NCBI RefSeq assembly: GCF_000150275.1
Contig: NW_002060944.1
Location: 1,598,911-1,662,910, forward strand
DNA length: 64,000 nt
Source of the DNA: Trichoplax adhaerens
Taxonomy: Eukaryota; Animalia; Placozoa
Direction of reading: 5' to 3'
The first letter of the stretch is position 1. Every line of letters begins with the position of its first letter. Of this stretch, positions 31,318-45,415 are shown piece by piece. A program made the position numbers and the translations under genes. The notes under the pieces were generated by a model. That model searched no databases and had not been told where the DNA came from. It saw nothing but the letters and a program-made list of their open reading frames with translations.

Positions 31318-33103
31318 ATGGATTTAGACACTTTAATAGCATGTATCCAGCGAAACTATTACCTACTTCTAAGTGCTATGATCGCAGCTATCTGCATGAT
31401 TGCCAGTTGGTTGTATCTATTAAGGCAGAACTATAAAAATAACGAAATTGAAAAGACTGATGAAGATACGGTAAGTAAAAATTATTAACCATAGCCAAAA
31501 GATGCGCATCACACAATAGGACTCCGAGAATAGCGATATACGTATACTCCAATATTATAAAATTGTACTCAAATTTAAATTACTGTACTCCACAGTACTA
31601 ACAATGACAGTCTATTTAATTTTTGACCTTAATCCCGTAGATGATTTATGATGGTAAAATCGCGTCAAAAAATTTTTCCACAGACTTCAGCTTGCACTGC
31701 AATATTCGCCAATGCTGTTCCAACCTCAAGTTTAGTTGTATTTGACTTTATACTGTTTTAATATACGAATACTATAATACTATTTAAAACTGAAAGTGGT
31801 TCAAGTGTATGTATATTGTATACTTGTACTGTACATCGCCTACACAAATTTATCACTCGTGCCTTGTTCCTCCGGTCGACATTTAGCCCTATAATCGATA
31901 CAATTGTTAGTAATGGATTATAGTTTCAAATTAGACATATACCGTATACGTACTATTCGAATTCACTTCACAGTAAAGACCCAAAACAGGTTAGGGTTTA
32001 TAACCTGCGATTTGAGTACGAGTATATCAGATAATGTACCTAAACGATGCATCGTACACAGTGATCGTCTGATGTACTGTATCCCCTACTTTATCAAAGT
32101 AATCAATGAAATGGATTATTGACGGCTCCATAAGTTACCAAAATTTATTAATACAGTCATGTAATTGACTGAATGAGCCTGGAATTAAGTTCCCATTAGC
32201 GTGATTCTTTTATGCATATATCGCATCACAATTGACACGTATACAATTTAGCCTTATAACTTACGTACCTCCATTAAACTAGTTGATACATAGAGTCTCA
32301 ATTTGGTACTAGTTCAGAATGTACAATAGTACGGACTTGTCTTTTTTTCGAGTAGTCCCTCCCTGACAATAGTAACTAACTACCGCTTACTAATATACGA
32401 TCCGTAATTGCTACCTTTAAACCGACTTATGATGATTATGATACTAAATTATTTGTTTCATTACTTTTGCCACCAATTCTAATGGCATTCTCGATATCAA
32501 ACATACCGTTATTGATACGAAATTAGCCAAAGTTTTCGGAAGAAGATAAACAAGTGGATTGTATACTAAAAAATGAAATCGATAAAGTAAAGATTGCCGA
32601 AGATATGTACCAGCGCATACAGCGCAAAGTTAAATCGACTAGGTTGCAAACAGCGGACATCGAAAAGGAAATGACTGAAGATGAGCGACTTGAGGAGCGA
32701 ACGTAAGTTCGAATATCGCCTGTAACTACTGAAAGATAACATTAAGTATATTTGTATTATCATACAGAATCAAACATTAGCAGTATGCTTACAATTTAAA
32801 TGTACAAGTCTAAAACCTTCTATAGTACATAAGTAGTAGTATTCTTAACAATCAAAATATATATATAATACCACTAGAATATCGATAACGTGAAAGCACG
32901 CCTAAAATCGTAATCAAAGAATGCACGCTTTCTAGACAAAAATTTTTGATACAGAATGATGAATTTAATTGAACGGCATTAGGGTGAAGCAAAAACAATT
33001 ACAAGACATATTCCAGTTAATGAATGAAAAGAAAGAAGTATTTGGAATTCAATCACTGGAAGATATGAAATCACAAATGAGTTTGTATGAAGGCAATATC
33101 TGA
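31318..33103 (+). CDS. MXRA7: MXRA7-like small single-pass membrane protein (3 exons: 31318-31470, 32527-32702, 32983-33103)
   Basis: N-terminal hydrophobic helix YYLLLSAMIAAICMIASWLYLL. C-terminus EMTEDERLEERTVKQKQLQDIFQLMNEKKEVFGIQSLEDMKSQMSLYEGNI* matches my recollection of the conserved MXRA7 tail (QLxxIFxLM...FG..S..D...Q..LY). Splice phases are consistent. Confidence 0.8.
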
Positions 33104-36100
33104 TATCCAATTTCTTCATTTTAACTATTATAAACAATTGCAATTACTTTTAATCATAGTCCCCTTCGAGTTATTTAACGAATGTATTCCTTCAGTAGTA
33201 CTATGGCATTGCAATAAAACTGCATACACCGCTCCTAATTATTAATTCAAATGTGCAAGTACGCATACGCGTACAACGCAATTATATGGCATTCAGATGC
33301 AAAAGTTTACTACTCTGAATAAAGATTAATTGCGACTTTATCTATTAAAAATTTCAAATTAAAATGATATTAAGCCATAATAATTTACTAACAAACTGCG
33401 TAATTATCGAGTGTTTTATCCTTGACTAAATATTCAAATTAAATTATGTATAAGGCTGTAATGCCTGCTTTGTAAATGAACTGTAAAATCATCGAAATTT
33501 TTTATCTCCTGAATCGCAATGCAATGTAGATAATTTCATCAATTCTCTTCTTATAGCCCTTATGTAATAAACTTGATAGGACATTGTCAAGAATAGTACA
33601 AAAAGATACGAAATGTCTCTTAAGACTTTAAATTCTAAACTGCATTGCGCCGTAGTGAGACTCCTTAATAGTGTCTGACTACTTTATTTGCTATTGATTA
33701 ATTATTATCTGTGGGAATATTCTATTCCGTTGCTGTAAGAAATTTAAATTAATTTCAGCTTTATGAGTACTGTACTCTAAGCCAATTATTATGGCTAAGA
33801 AACCCTGACATGTCACTTGTAATCGTTCCTCACGACTTTGTTCATGATTATTCTTTATATCACTTCATTATTGTTAATTTACCAACGTCTATAAATGTTA
33901 CCACTTCAGCTACTCGAATAAAGTACCTGTCACGATTATTTACGATATATTATAATTATTAATGCAATCAGATAGTTAAGAGATTTTAGGCTGCAAATGG
34001 ATTTATATCGATATACGTAAGACACTGTTAATACTAAGAATTTTATGTTATCTAGAAATTTATTTTAATACCATTGGCGAATTACTTGCTTAATATCAAA
34101 TACAATAACTCTTACTGCCCTTAACGTCTACTTGAATATCTTCTACCGATGTTTAAAGGACTTAGATCAAAATGTGTTCGTATACCTTAACTGATTTTTT
34201 ATATCATATACAGTAGTAAGAATGCATCAAGGACTAAAGAAGGGCTTGAAATAATGCCTACTGCAGTTCATTATTTGTTAGCAAATAGATATGATCTGAA
34301 ATCGATCAGTACCTGTCATAAATTTTTTCAGCTAGTAATACAGAAGACTTTAATCAAAGTAAATTTCGGTATACTATAAAATTTTTCTATAATGTTCGTA
34401 TCGTTATGCATTTTTCGTGTCTTAAAGTAGGAAGAAATAAGCTAAGCTATTTCCTGGCAAATACAAGAGTTGATCAGAATTAAGATTGGTTTCTTATTCT
34501 GAGTCAGTTACAACATAAAATTTTATACGTCAGCTACCGCGTGATCTCAGACCTTAACAGAAAATTCTGAAGTTCTTTCTCAACACGTTTTGTATAATAA
34601 GACAACCAGCATCGCAGAAAAAGCTGATCACGCAAGCTAAGCAGTGTACGCGTATATTGTATGTACCCATATAAGATGCGGGAGTAAACCACATTATTTT
34701 AGCGATACATATTTCTGTTTCTTAAATGCGTAGCATTTAGTTGTGATAATACTCTTAATTTGAAGAATGCGTGTACTGTTTTTACTTACGGCAAAACATC
34801 ACAATGAAACTTTTTTCTTTATATCGTTATATTTGTTGCGGCCATCTTCCGGTTACTACTGTGCGCCAGAACGTATTTGGCAAAGTATCACTTATAATTA
34901 TTAATGACGTAGAATGTTAGTAAAATTAAAATTTTAAGTTCTTAAGTGGTTTCCAATCACTTCCAAAATTACGACGAATAACTATTTCCGACCTCCACGG
35001 ATACTGTGCTGTAACTTTGGTATGACAACAATTGTAAACTACTACAACATACTACCAACAACCTGGGTCAAGTGAAAAATAATTTTACTGATTATGATAG
35101 TGCACATCAAGAAATATCCTTTGGTAACAGAATAGAATAGCTTATTTAAGTAGGCCTCTCTAAAGCATAGTTTTTATTAAATACTTTCCATAATTTTACT
35201 GTATGAGTTTAGCTGCTACAAAACAAACGGTAAATGATCAGCTATCGATCTAGAGTCGTATACAGCGCTATACAACCAGACATCGTCAAAATCTCCCTTA
35301 AATAACAAATGCATGAAAATCAGCCAAAGGCTTCGTATCCTACCAAATTATCTAACAGATTTAAACTATACTCTCATTTACAGACGTCAAATATATTGAC
35401 AAAAATCATTGCATCGACAGTGATAGCAAAATTTTCTGATGCAGATATTATACCTTCTAAAGCTGCACGCACTTTACTACTAGATTATTAGTGTCAAGAA
35501 CAGTGAAATCATAATATATATAAACTGCTAGTGAAATTAACAAAAATTTAATGCCTCACAGTGCAGTAAAAAATGTTAAATTATTATTAATCAAAACTAG
35601 ACATCTTCTCATAAACTGTAGTATATTAAAAATAATATATAAAAAACTAAGAAACATTACTGCCTTATAAGTAATATACACTCATGACTGAAATAAGCGC
35701 AGAATGCCAGTTGTACACTATAGCAGAACACTGAATGGCATATTACAAATTTTAGGATAGGAAGCAATAAGATTTCTCTTAGCAAGTAAAAAATTTAAAG
35801 AAATAATTTGCTGTGCCTCCTACATCACCAACTGTGTTTACATTAGACTATTAATTAATATTAATCAAATATGAAATAAAATGTTAAGTAAGAATTTCAT
35901 AATTCTATATAATAGATACGACATATTTATACGTATATACCACATTTCCGTGGTATAATCATCAATGAGTGCGAAGATGGCAGGAAGGCAAGCTTCTTAG
36001 GCTAAGGCAATGATGTAGCACTCACCCAAAGTAAATCCTGCTTTTACAGCACGCCATACTACTTTGCCCGGAGCTTAGTCAACGTAATTCTCAACGCAAT

Positions 36101-39100
36101 TTATAAATCCACAATTCTTACCTAATGATCTAATAGAGCAATAGAAGTACATCACAGATTGCCTATGTGCTACCTAAATTAATGACATACAATCTTATAT
36201 TGCTAAACTATTTTAAGATATAAATAAATATTTTACCATACATTTTTCGGGACTAAGGAGTTTTGAACTTCTGCCAATACCATAGCAAATTTTGATAAGA
36301 AAAAAGAAAAATAAGTTATGGTTGCCTTGATGTCTATTTTAATACAGTTTGGATTAAAATTAATGATGTTTCTCTTTTGTTCTAAAAAATATTCTTCCAT
36401 TGCGTCATACCGCGTACAATTAAAGAAAACGAGAACTTATCACTCACGTGTTTGCATACACATTGATATCATTCTCGATTTTGTTAAATCGGACTTGCTC
36501 TTTTACAAGGTTCCTGCAAGACGACAACTTAGACTCCAAATCCTAATTATAAAAGGCGATACTTTATGTGAGATGATTATAATACTAAAGCTATTAGATC
36601 ATAAGGAAAATCCAGGATTTAAGATTAACATTGAAAATGAATATCTGAATAGAATAACAGTAGTATAAATCAATCAATTCCGTAGATATAAGTGAAATAA
36701 CATTTACATCATTTTATACCGTACCCCAACTTTCTTTAGTAAATCTCCAACTATGTTCATAGCATTTACACGAGCATTCACCGGAAGATTCGAATCTTGA
36801 TTAGAAATTTTTTTTCCGTAATCGACGATATCTCGAGGAGATGCAGCGCCATTTCTATTATATGAACGATTTCGAGGAGAGCTCGATACTGAAAATTTAA
36901 ATGGCGAGATTATGTAGTCGCTCCCTGCGACTTCTCGGATAGGCGACGTAGCAACATCTTTAGTATCAACGGCTGTAACTTGACGAGCGGTAAACTCTTC
37001 TTTTAATTCTGAAAGATATTAGTAATAGTACCGGTAGATCCGTTAAATTAACAATAATTGCGTTACAGAATGTCATAAATTATATAAATTAAATTGAACC
37101 ATTTAAAAATTAACTTTTAACGGAGCGACAGCAACCTTTGCACTCATCCTTTAATCGCTGAACTAAGATAACCAATTTTTCCTTTTCATCTAATTCATTT
37201 TCCAATAAAGCATTTTTTTCAAGGGCCTATCAAAGGATATTAATGATACTTCTTTAAGTGTACACTTATTCTTTGTTAGAGAGCGACTTGTAAAGTGCTT
37301 AAAAGCTCACAGTTGATATTTTAACGATTTTATGATAACATCTTATAAAACGAAATTAAGCCCAAGAAATAATTTATCTTAGGTATAGAATATACTTGTT
37401 CAGAGTTGATTCAAAATGCCGTTTATAATGCATGAACCATATTAAAATAAGGTAATACATAATAGAAGTCAATTCCTATCATATAGTGTTTAGTTTCATG
37501 GAAGATAATAAACTAAAACTGTCATTACTGGTACTGTATGGCTAACTTAGTTATGCGATTGCACAGTACTATTACTGTACAATTGCCGTAATTGAAATTA
37601 AGTTATTGAATATTATAATAAAATTAATCAAGTGTAATGATATACTGCATATAGTAATAATATGAATTACTCACATTCGACATTATAACACTAACCTGAT
37701 TTAATCTATTTTCGAAATCTTGTAAAGTTACCGCTGTCGACCTACATAGCGCAAAAAATTCACATATTATAAATGTAACCAAAGATGCAACAGTAATATA
37801 CCTATACAACGAATATTATAACCATAGTGGTATAGTGGATATATATATATATGTATTGAATCCAGAACCAGGTACGTATAATCGATTTATAGTTTGCCGA
37901 TAGTATACCACTGTTACGAAATGAGATTTTCGTCAGTTATGTTGATACAGTTTCTATATTATAAGCCGACTACGACTCAGCTTATTCTATTTGACTATAG
38001 AGTACAGTCACTTCGGCATAAAATTTGCAGTATGTAAAGTCCATAGAAGAGTTTATAGATAAAATAGTTATCTGAGCGCATTTCTGATATGTTATCATTT
38101 GTTATGAATTAATTACCGGCTGTTATCTTATTTGCAAGAATGTTATCAAATTCGTTGGCATTTGTAATATGCCGTTAGTAAACCGTTAGTTTTGTTCGAC
38201 TGTATAACGGTATAGTAAGAACAATAAAGTTTTGTTCAATACCCTAGCTCTACTGGACTGAGCGGACTCATCTACAGATTTCTAGTAAATCCTTCTTGTT
38301 ACAAAGTAGAAGAGTTTCGAAAACGTAACAACCACAAATAATGTACGTTATCGCAAATTATTGCTAAGTATCATATTATATTAGTTCTGTACTAGCTCAT
38401 TTCCGATACGACAGTAAAATTGCAATGGCCTCGGGTGAATTATTTTATGCACATATGTTGTCATACTCTAAATGAACGCTGTCTTGCTTGCTAATTTGTC
38501 ATGAATTGCTATTGCGTCAAATTTTTTTTCCATTTCGATTATTTGCATGAGGACTTAAACTGTGGCTTCTATCTACATTACACATATCAAACATACCTTT
38601 CCGCACGTTCGTAATCGTCATTTTTTTGCTCAAGCTTGCGTGAGTGCTTCTGTAATTCTTCTTTAGTGCTATTGGCCGTGGCTAATTCATCTTGTAACCG
38701 CGTTGTTACTTGATAACTCTCCTTATAAAGCGTGTCAAACTTTTCCTGCACCAATATTCATGTATTATTACGTGCGTATTTACGTAAAACATTCTCTAAC
38801 TGAGTATGTAGGATTAATAATTTGCAGCTTGCATGAAGATGCATTGCTGAGCGAATACTGTATATCACATAGTTGTATCTGCAACCAAGCTCTACATACT
38901 ACGAAATATTTCAACATCAACTAAACTGCGAATTTGTTATAATTTTCAATTTCTACTTTTAACTACCTATAAGCGATGTCAGAGTTAAAACGATGTAATA
39001 TATGGTTGTCGCAATTCATCCAGTGATAAGACATTGTCATAGCGTGGTGGTCTCCGCAGACCAAACAAGCTCTTCCAAAAATGATAGAAAACTAGTCTAC

Positions 39101-40852
39101 AAGCCGGGCAGTGAACTTTAAAATAAAGACTGTAATCGACTATTTTCGAATATCAAGCAGACTAAACCCCCATAATTTACTATTAATAGTAGTAACCACT
39201 ATTAGCATTAGCAATGTGGGTATTTTATTACTATATGATGTTGTTGTTTCATTTTTCTAGCAACAGGTTGAAACAAACATGACTTGTTTCGTGAATGTAG
39301 GTTTTCTTCTAGTAGTCCACAGTTATATAGACACAGTACAGTACTGACAGCAGATACATCTTTTAACTATTATTGCAGTAGTGACCTAGGTAAATACAGT
39401 ATAACAGGCTTGCAGCTGACCATTTACCACTTGTATTAAGTATCAAAATCTGCAAAGTGCGATAATTTACAGCTAGATAATCTACTGCAGTAATAAAAAA
39501 TAATCACGATAAGCTAAAGTACGTTCATTTACATACAGTCGTGTTACAAAAAATTGAGGTCCCGAGGTAAAGTGTTATATGCAAAGAATTTCTTCATGAA
39601 ATAAATCCAGTAAATTATGATGACAGCCATTGACAAGGTTTTATGCCACTGACGATTAAACTTGTTAGGGAACTCAAGTGATTACCTTTAAAACTTCGTT
39701 CTCTTGTTCTAATTTTGCCTTCGTTATCGTTAAATCTTTAGCCCGATTCTCAGCTTGTTTTAATTGTGCCTCCAACTCAGCTTCTAAATCATGACTCTCT
39801 TCCTGAAATTCTTCCAATTCATCTTTAAGTTGCTGAACCCTGAAATTTCAGAATAATTAAAAGTTAGTGTCACCTGTAATAATTCCTTAATTGATATCTA
39901 GTCTAGCTATCGACTAATAGTAATCATCTAACATCGTAATAATCCTTAATTATAATGTCAGTGAATAAGAACCTGCACCCTAGCACCATATAATGGAAGT
40001 AGAATGTAACTTGAAATCGTGATTACTGCAAACATTCGCGATGCGTCTAACAACTAGTCATTAATCGGTTAGCTACATTAAATCTACGCCTACATTAGCT
40101 ATATCGAAAGAAATAAAATTGTGTGTAGTCTGTACTTAACTTTATCGCAAATGTACAGTATGTAAGACTTTTACACAATTCGTTACAGAGGCGATTATCG
40201 TTATAACAAAGTAAGCTGATTTGCCACCTCTGGAGGAGATACTTCCGCGTAATTCATAATATTAAATAAAAATCATTTATGAAATCTCGCCTAAGAAAGT
40301 TTGCTGATGCAGTACTTGACAATCTCAAATATATTTGCCTGTAATCAATAATTTTCCCTAAATGAGTATATCAAATTGATCCGATACCAACACACAGATA
40401 CATTCACAACGTGGCAAATAAATGAGCAAGCGTGATGTTGCTATCATTCTTTTATGATCCTGACACATGTACATATTTTAATACCATAGGGCATTTATTC
40501 ATTAAATCGTCTGTTACGATAATAATGTAATGCTTAATGGTATAGTATTTATCAACATGAACATCAATGATTTTCGAGAAATGTTTTATATTTCAGTAAA
40601 GCTTCTACGTTTGATATGTTATTACTAGCGTATAAAATTATAATCTATAACAAATATCCTGGGATGATTTTCTTTACAAAGCACCTGAACTGACAGTGAG
40701 AATACTGAATACAGTAAAAGGAATATAAAGCAAGGTACGGTGTCGACTGAAACAGGTTTCGCGACTTACGTTTGATTGGCTTCGTTGGCTATAGATTTCC
40801 AATAATTAATTTCCTGGGCAGAATCAGTAAATGCTAGTTGTGTCGTCTCCAT
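36101..40852 (-). CDS. NDE1: Nuclear distribution protein NudE (NDE1/NDEL1 co-ortholog)
   Basis: Exons METTQLAFTDSAQEINYWKS / LKDELEEFQEESHDLEAELEAQLKQAE / RKLEQKNDDYERAER / TLQDFENRLNQ / ALEKNAYLENELDEKE..VQRLKDE / ARVNAMNIVGDLLKKVG / LESKLSSCRN. The final exon and stop (~36101) are uncertain. Confidence 0.9.
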
Positions 40853-40962
40853 GCTACTAGTTTCTAATATCTGCTAAAATAGGCGGATAACATCTTAAAG
40901 ATGGCAACCATTATGAGTTGTCGATTAACAGTTTGAAAGTTGCAATCGGCCAAACTTTGGCT

Positions 40963-41530
40963 TACAGTACGGTACAGTGTACACTGGTAGGTAGTAATTG
41001 TAATTATAATTACTTTACCGTACTGGCCTGTAGCCGTACTGTACAGTACACGGCTATAATTTCCTACCTAAAATGACCGTTAATTCTGAATTCCCATTCG
41101 GACCGAAAGGGGATCGGGTAGCACAGTATTAACTCTATTGGTGTACTTAAGTATAATTTTTACTTCTATTCTTGCCCAAATAATGGATCCTCAGTAAAAT
41201 TGTTACTGACAGTGAATAGAATAAGTGTGCGACTGCGAATTTTTGACAGTTAATTTTATGAAAAAGGATCACAGTATAAGTTTTCATTATTTTACTCTTT
41301 TTACGGTCAACTTTTTTATATAATATACAGTACAGTACTGTACTGTACTGAATACTTGAACAGTTGTCATCTGTACAGTTTGATTGGTTGCAGCCATACT
41401 GTATCGCGATAATATACAGTACAGTACAGTACCGCACAGTACTGTAAGCTAAAGATGAGCACTGTACAGTACAGTAACAATACATGTAGATTATTCAACT
41501 ACAGTACAGTGTACAGTACTGTACTGTACG
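40963..41530. repeat. (TACAG/CTGTA)n cluster upstream of NDE1
   Basis: Multiple arrays at 40963-41050 and 41325-41530. Confidence 0.82.
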
Positions 41531-42833
41531 GTATGTGTCATGTATTTTTTTTAGTTTTTAAAACAGGACGCCCCCTTTCTCCAAAGAATGTTCACTCCAG
41601 TCCAGGTCTTTTTCTAGTCGGGGCTAGCTGTATACGTACTAGGGTTTACAGTTTGTATTCAATTGAAAAAGATAATAAAATAGCTCAGTATTGCATTACA
41701 AAGCAAAAAATTAAACAGTACCTAAGATTGTCAGAATCTGCTTACGTGAAATTTTTTAGCAAATATTAAATTAAATCCCTTGAAAACTTAAAGATCTAAT
41801 TATGGGATATACGCTGAACAGCTTTCAACTAGTATAGAGAGCTCGCTACGCCCACGAAATAGTAGGATACAGTTCTGTATTCGATCAATTTAAAGCCTGT
41901 GTCTATTCACCAATGTGGCTGTGCTTAGTTATCCAGGGCCAGCTCTCTCCACGATTTAATCATACTAGGAACTACCCCTTCAATTGAACGTCAGCCAGAA
42001 CTTACTATTACAAAACTAAAAAAATATTTATTCACCATTGGGCACTCGTACTACTGTATACGTTTATAGAATTTTCACCACATCTACAATCTAACTTGCA
42101 GGTCTACGCTTTACATGCAATAAATGAGCCTTTTATCCATTAAAATTTTCATAATTCAGCTACATTCGCCCAGTAAAATTATCAGTACGTAATATATTCG
42201 CAATTTAAATTTTAAAATAATTGAGAAAGCAATCCGTCACACAGAAAAATAACTGCACATAATAAAATTGAATTTAAATTGAATTCACAAGATCTTTATT
42301 TTGTGTAAGTTAAATTGAAATCAATATTGTGATATAGCCATACCTGAACTATCGCACTACTAAATCGTATAAAAAAAAATGTTACAATTATTTATTGCAA
42401 TACCTGTGAGATAAGTTGTTATAAAACTTCGTATCTTTACATGTGAATGGAATCATTATCCATTAAAGAATTTATATTTATTTTAACAATCATTTACAAA
42501 ATAGGTTTTTATAGCACGTAGACCAAATATGACCTATATCTGAAATGAGTGAACAGTTTAAAAGCTATGGTACCCCCTTGAGTTAATTTATGTATTATTA
42601 TGATTAATGAGAAATTGAGAATTAAGAATTGTTAAAATATTCGTAGGATAGTTTAGAAATCTTACAATCTCCGATGAATTTGATACAAAAAAAAATATCG
42701 CTAGATTAAACACGATGCAATCCAATCTGTAGCGGGCTTTCAAAAGATATTATTTTGTAAGTTCTGTAACAGTATTGGCCCAATAAATACTTCATTCTTT
42801 TACCATCAGATGAAAATAGCCAATTTCATAACA

Positions 42834-43565
42834 TCAATACTCAAATAATTTTATCTTAAATAGATCCTTGTCTGCACATTCACGACTTCTATTAAAATAA
42901 TAAAAGTATCCATCCTTTTTTCTCTGTAGCTTCTTTACAAATCCAGATTCGGGCCATCTTTCAACCTAGATAATAGATACAATTAAAAATACCACCACCG
43001 TTAAAGATAACATGACCGTAATATAAACTCGCTTTTAAGAGGCTCTATTCCATAATTATCCGGTCGAAGCATATAGTCAATAACTGGTTGTAGTATTAAA
43101 GCTGCTTTATGGCAGAAAGACAACTAGCACGAATACGTTATAAGAATAAGAATTTAAGAAAATTTTTAATAGTAATAAGCAGTAAATATTTGTAGATTGT
43201 AGAGCTATAAATCCTTAAATGCGGTATACATATCAAATTCACCTCTGAATTATCGCCAACAGAGCAATATTCTATTTCATCGCGATATCCTGCTAATTGA
43301 AATCTGTAGGCTATATGACACATCAATTACAAACTAGTAATTAGCTTCATTTCGAAATTTGTTATAATGTATGTTAAATACGTGAAAATATGTGATTTTT
43401 TTTACAGTTTTTACTGCTATAACAATAAACACAGATAATAACTATTTCCTATAAGTTATCAAATGGACGTTGCAGTTATAATACTGTACCATCTTCCACC
43501 GCAGGATTCCAAATCTTAGGACGCATCATTGATTTTGGCTTTCGATACATAACTGTAGTGGCCAT
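42834..43565 (-). CDS. MEIG1: Meiosis-expressed gene 1 protein (3 coding exons)
   Basis: [25 protein letters not shown] / [23 protein letters not shown] / [43 protein letters not shown]. Carries the MEIG1 signatures YRFQxAGYRDE, RWPExGxVKKLQR and FYYxNxxREC. Confidence 0.92.
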
Positions 43566-44302
43566 TCTTATTTTGAGAAAAAATTCAAAGTAAATAAATA
43601 TATCATCTTATGATTACATAGTTTTATAATGTGCCATAGAATGTAAATTTATCAAGATATCATAAACATTCATTACAGAATACTGTATAGAGTGGAAACT
43701 CAAGTTATTTTTTATTTATTAGATATCTTAAGTGTGTATAATCTTGGTAAGAGATCCTCACACAAATCTTGACTCTAGATACTAGTAAGATATGATACCG
43801 TGCTACTTTAGTAGTACATCTCATATTACTAAATTTACATTAGGAAAATTGTAATAACATACGATAACAACCAGGTATAGATATTATGTAATCTAAAGTG
43901 AAGATTATATTCGTACTATAGCGTTTAATATTTAAACAAGCGTACCACTACTTGCACCCGAAGATGTAGATCTGAATAGTATTTATGAAAGAAAAGATAT
44001 CATCAATGCCTCGTATATGAGTATTTGTTATCACTTATGTCATTCTCTCTTTACCTGTTTCTTCCCAATAGCGCGAGTATTAAGGTGGCAATAAGCTAGT
44101 AATCCAAAAATTGCTAAGTTACGAATGAAATCACGGGTATATACGTACAACTGCACTTATTTTATAAACAGGCCAACTATTGATGGTCAAATCTAAATTT
44201 AGGCCCTTAAATACTGATTGTAAGACGGATTAATACCAACTGTACTTGGACGTGCAACATTTAAATAGTTAAGCTCAGTATTAATGTATGTTTCAATGTT
44301 AT

Positions 44303-44316
44303 GATTCCATGGAAAC
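44303..44316. promoter_or_regulatory. RFX X-box GATTCCATGGAAAC upstream of MEIG1
   Basis: 13/14 match to the palindromic X-box GTTTCCATGGAAAC, adjacent to the TACAG cluster 5' of a ciliary/flagellar gene. Confidence 0.55.
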
Positions 44317-44319
44317 CTA

Positions 44320-45415
44320 ACTGTACTATACAGTGTACAGTGCACAGTATACAGTACTGTACTGTATGATCCTTCTCCAAACCGATACTGTAAATCAGCA
44401 CATATTATAATAATAATTATAATAATTATTGATGTGCTGTACATACAGTATTATGTTACATTGGTTAATAGTAAAGTATTTATTTAATTTTATATTAATT
44501 AATTAAAGAATCGAATAAGAAAAAGAGCGTGATCTTTTTCGTTTCCAATTCTTTAATATGAAGTTAAACACTGTGTATTGCCTACAATGAACTACCATGG
44601 AACTATTGTACTGTGCTGTGCTGTACTGTACTGTACAGTGTACAGTATAATGAGATACAGTGTGTTACTATTCTTTGCAAGGTACTGTACGATGTCTTGA
44701 TATTAATGAGCTCGTCTTTGCCGCTTTAAGATTTTCAAAATTGAGTGTACAGTACAGTAAAATTCGATTTGAGGTAGAAGTTTAAAAATTAAAAATTTTT
44801 ACGCCATTTCCGTCTTTTCGGCAAAAATGTGTTTTATCAAGACATCTTTGAAGAATGGACTCAAAAAGATACGCTGGTTTTTATGTACTGTATACTCAAA
44901 AAATGCACGATAGTGAAAAATGGACCGTAGACACTACTACGATCTTTAGTGTAGGTGCAGTCATAGACTAATACTGTAAGTTCACCTATGAATTTAGTAG
45001 TCCATGTACCCGATAATTGTACAGTAACAGTAGTTACAGTACCGTATGCACAATGTTATGTTCCTAGGATGTAAAATATTGCTGTACCAATGTACTATCA
45101 AGAGTACGCCGTAAATAGGTAGACTTTCTACTGCAAAACTTCATTTTACCAAGTTGCTATAATTTAATACAGCGTGATACCATGACAGCATCTTGATCTT
45201 GATCTGACCACCATAACCAGGCCTGTAAACAATGATATCATTACGTGCAAGTTTATACCAAGGAGGTAAAATGCTTTGTTGTGCCACTTTGATATTATTA
45301 TAAGACTGTACTGTACTGTATTTATCAATCCAGATACAGTACAGTACGTACATGCAGTCGCACTGTACAGTACTATGTAATTATAACATTCAGTACTGTA
45401 CTGTACATTGTACAA
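44320..45415. repeat. (TACAG/CTGTA)n clusters in MEIG1/METTL26 divergent region
   Basis: Arrays at 44320-44366, 44608-44760 and 45306-45413. Confidence 0.8.

Noticed and set aside
41569-41576. CGCCCCCT CTCF-like core
   Set aside because: Single 8-mer without the flanking consensus, and CTCF is regarded as bilaterian-specific.
25307-45415. ORFs rich in YCTV/STVQ (25307-25668, 30179-30364, 41147-41769, 44199-44444, 45141-45415)
   Set aside because: They are translations of the TACAG microsatellite, which is poor in stop codons; not proteins.
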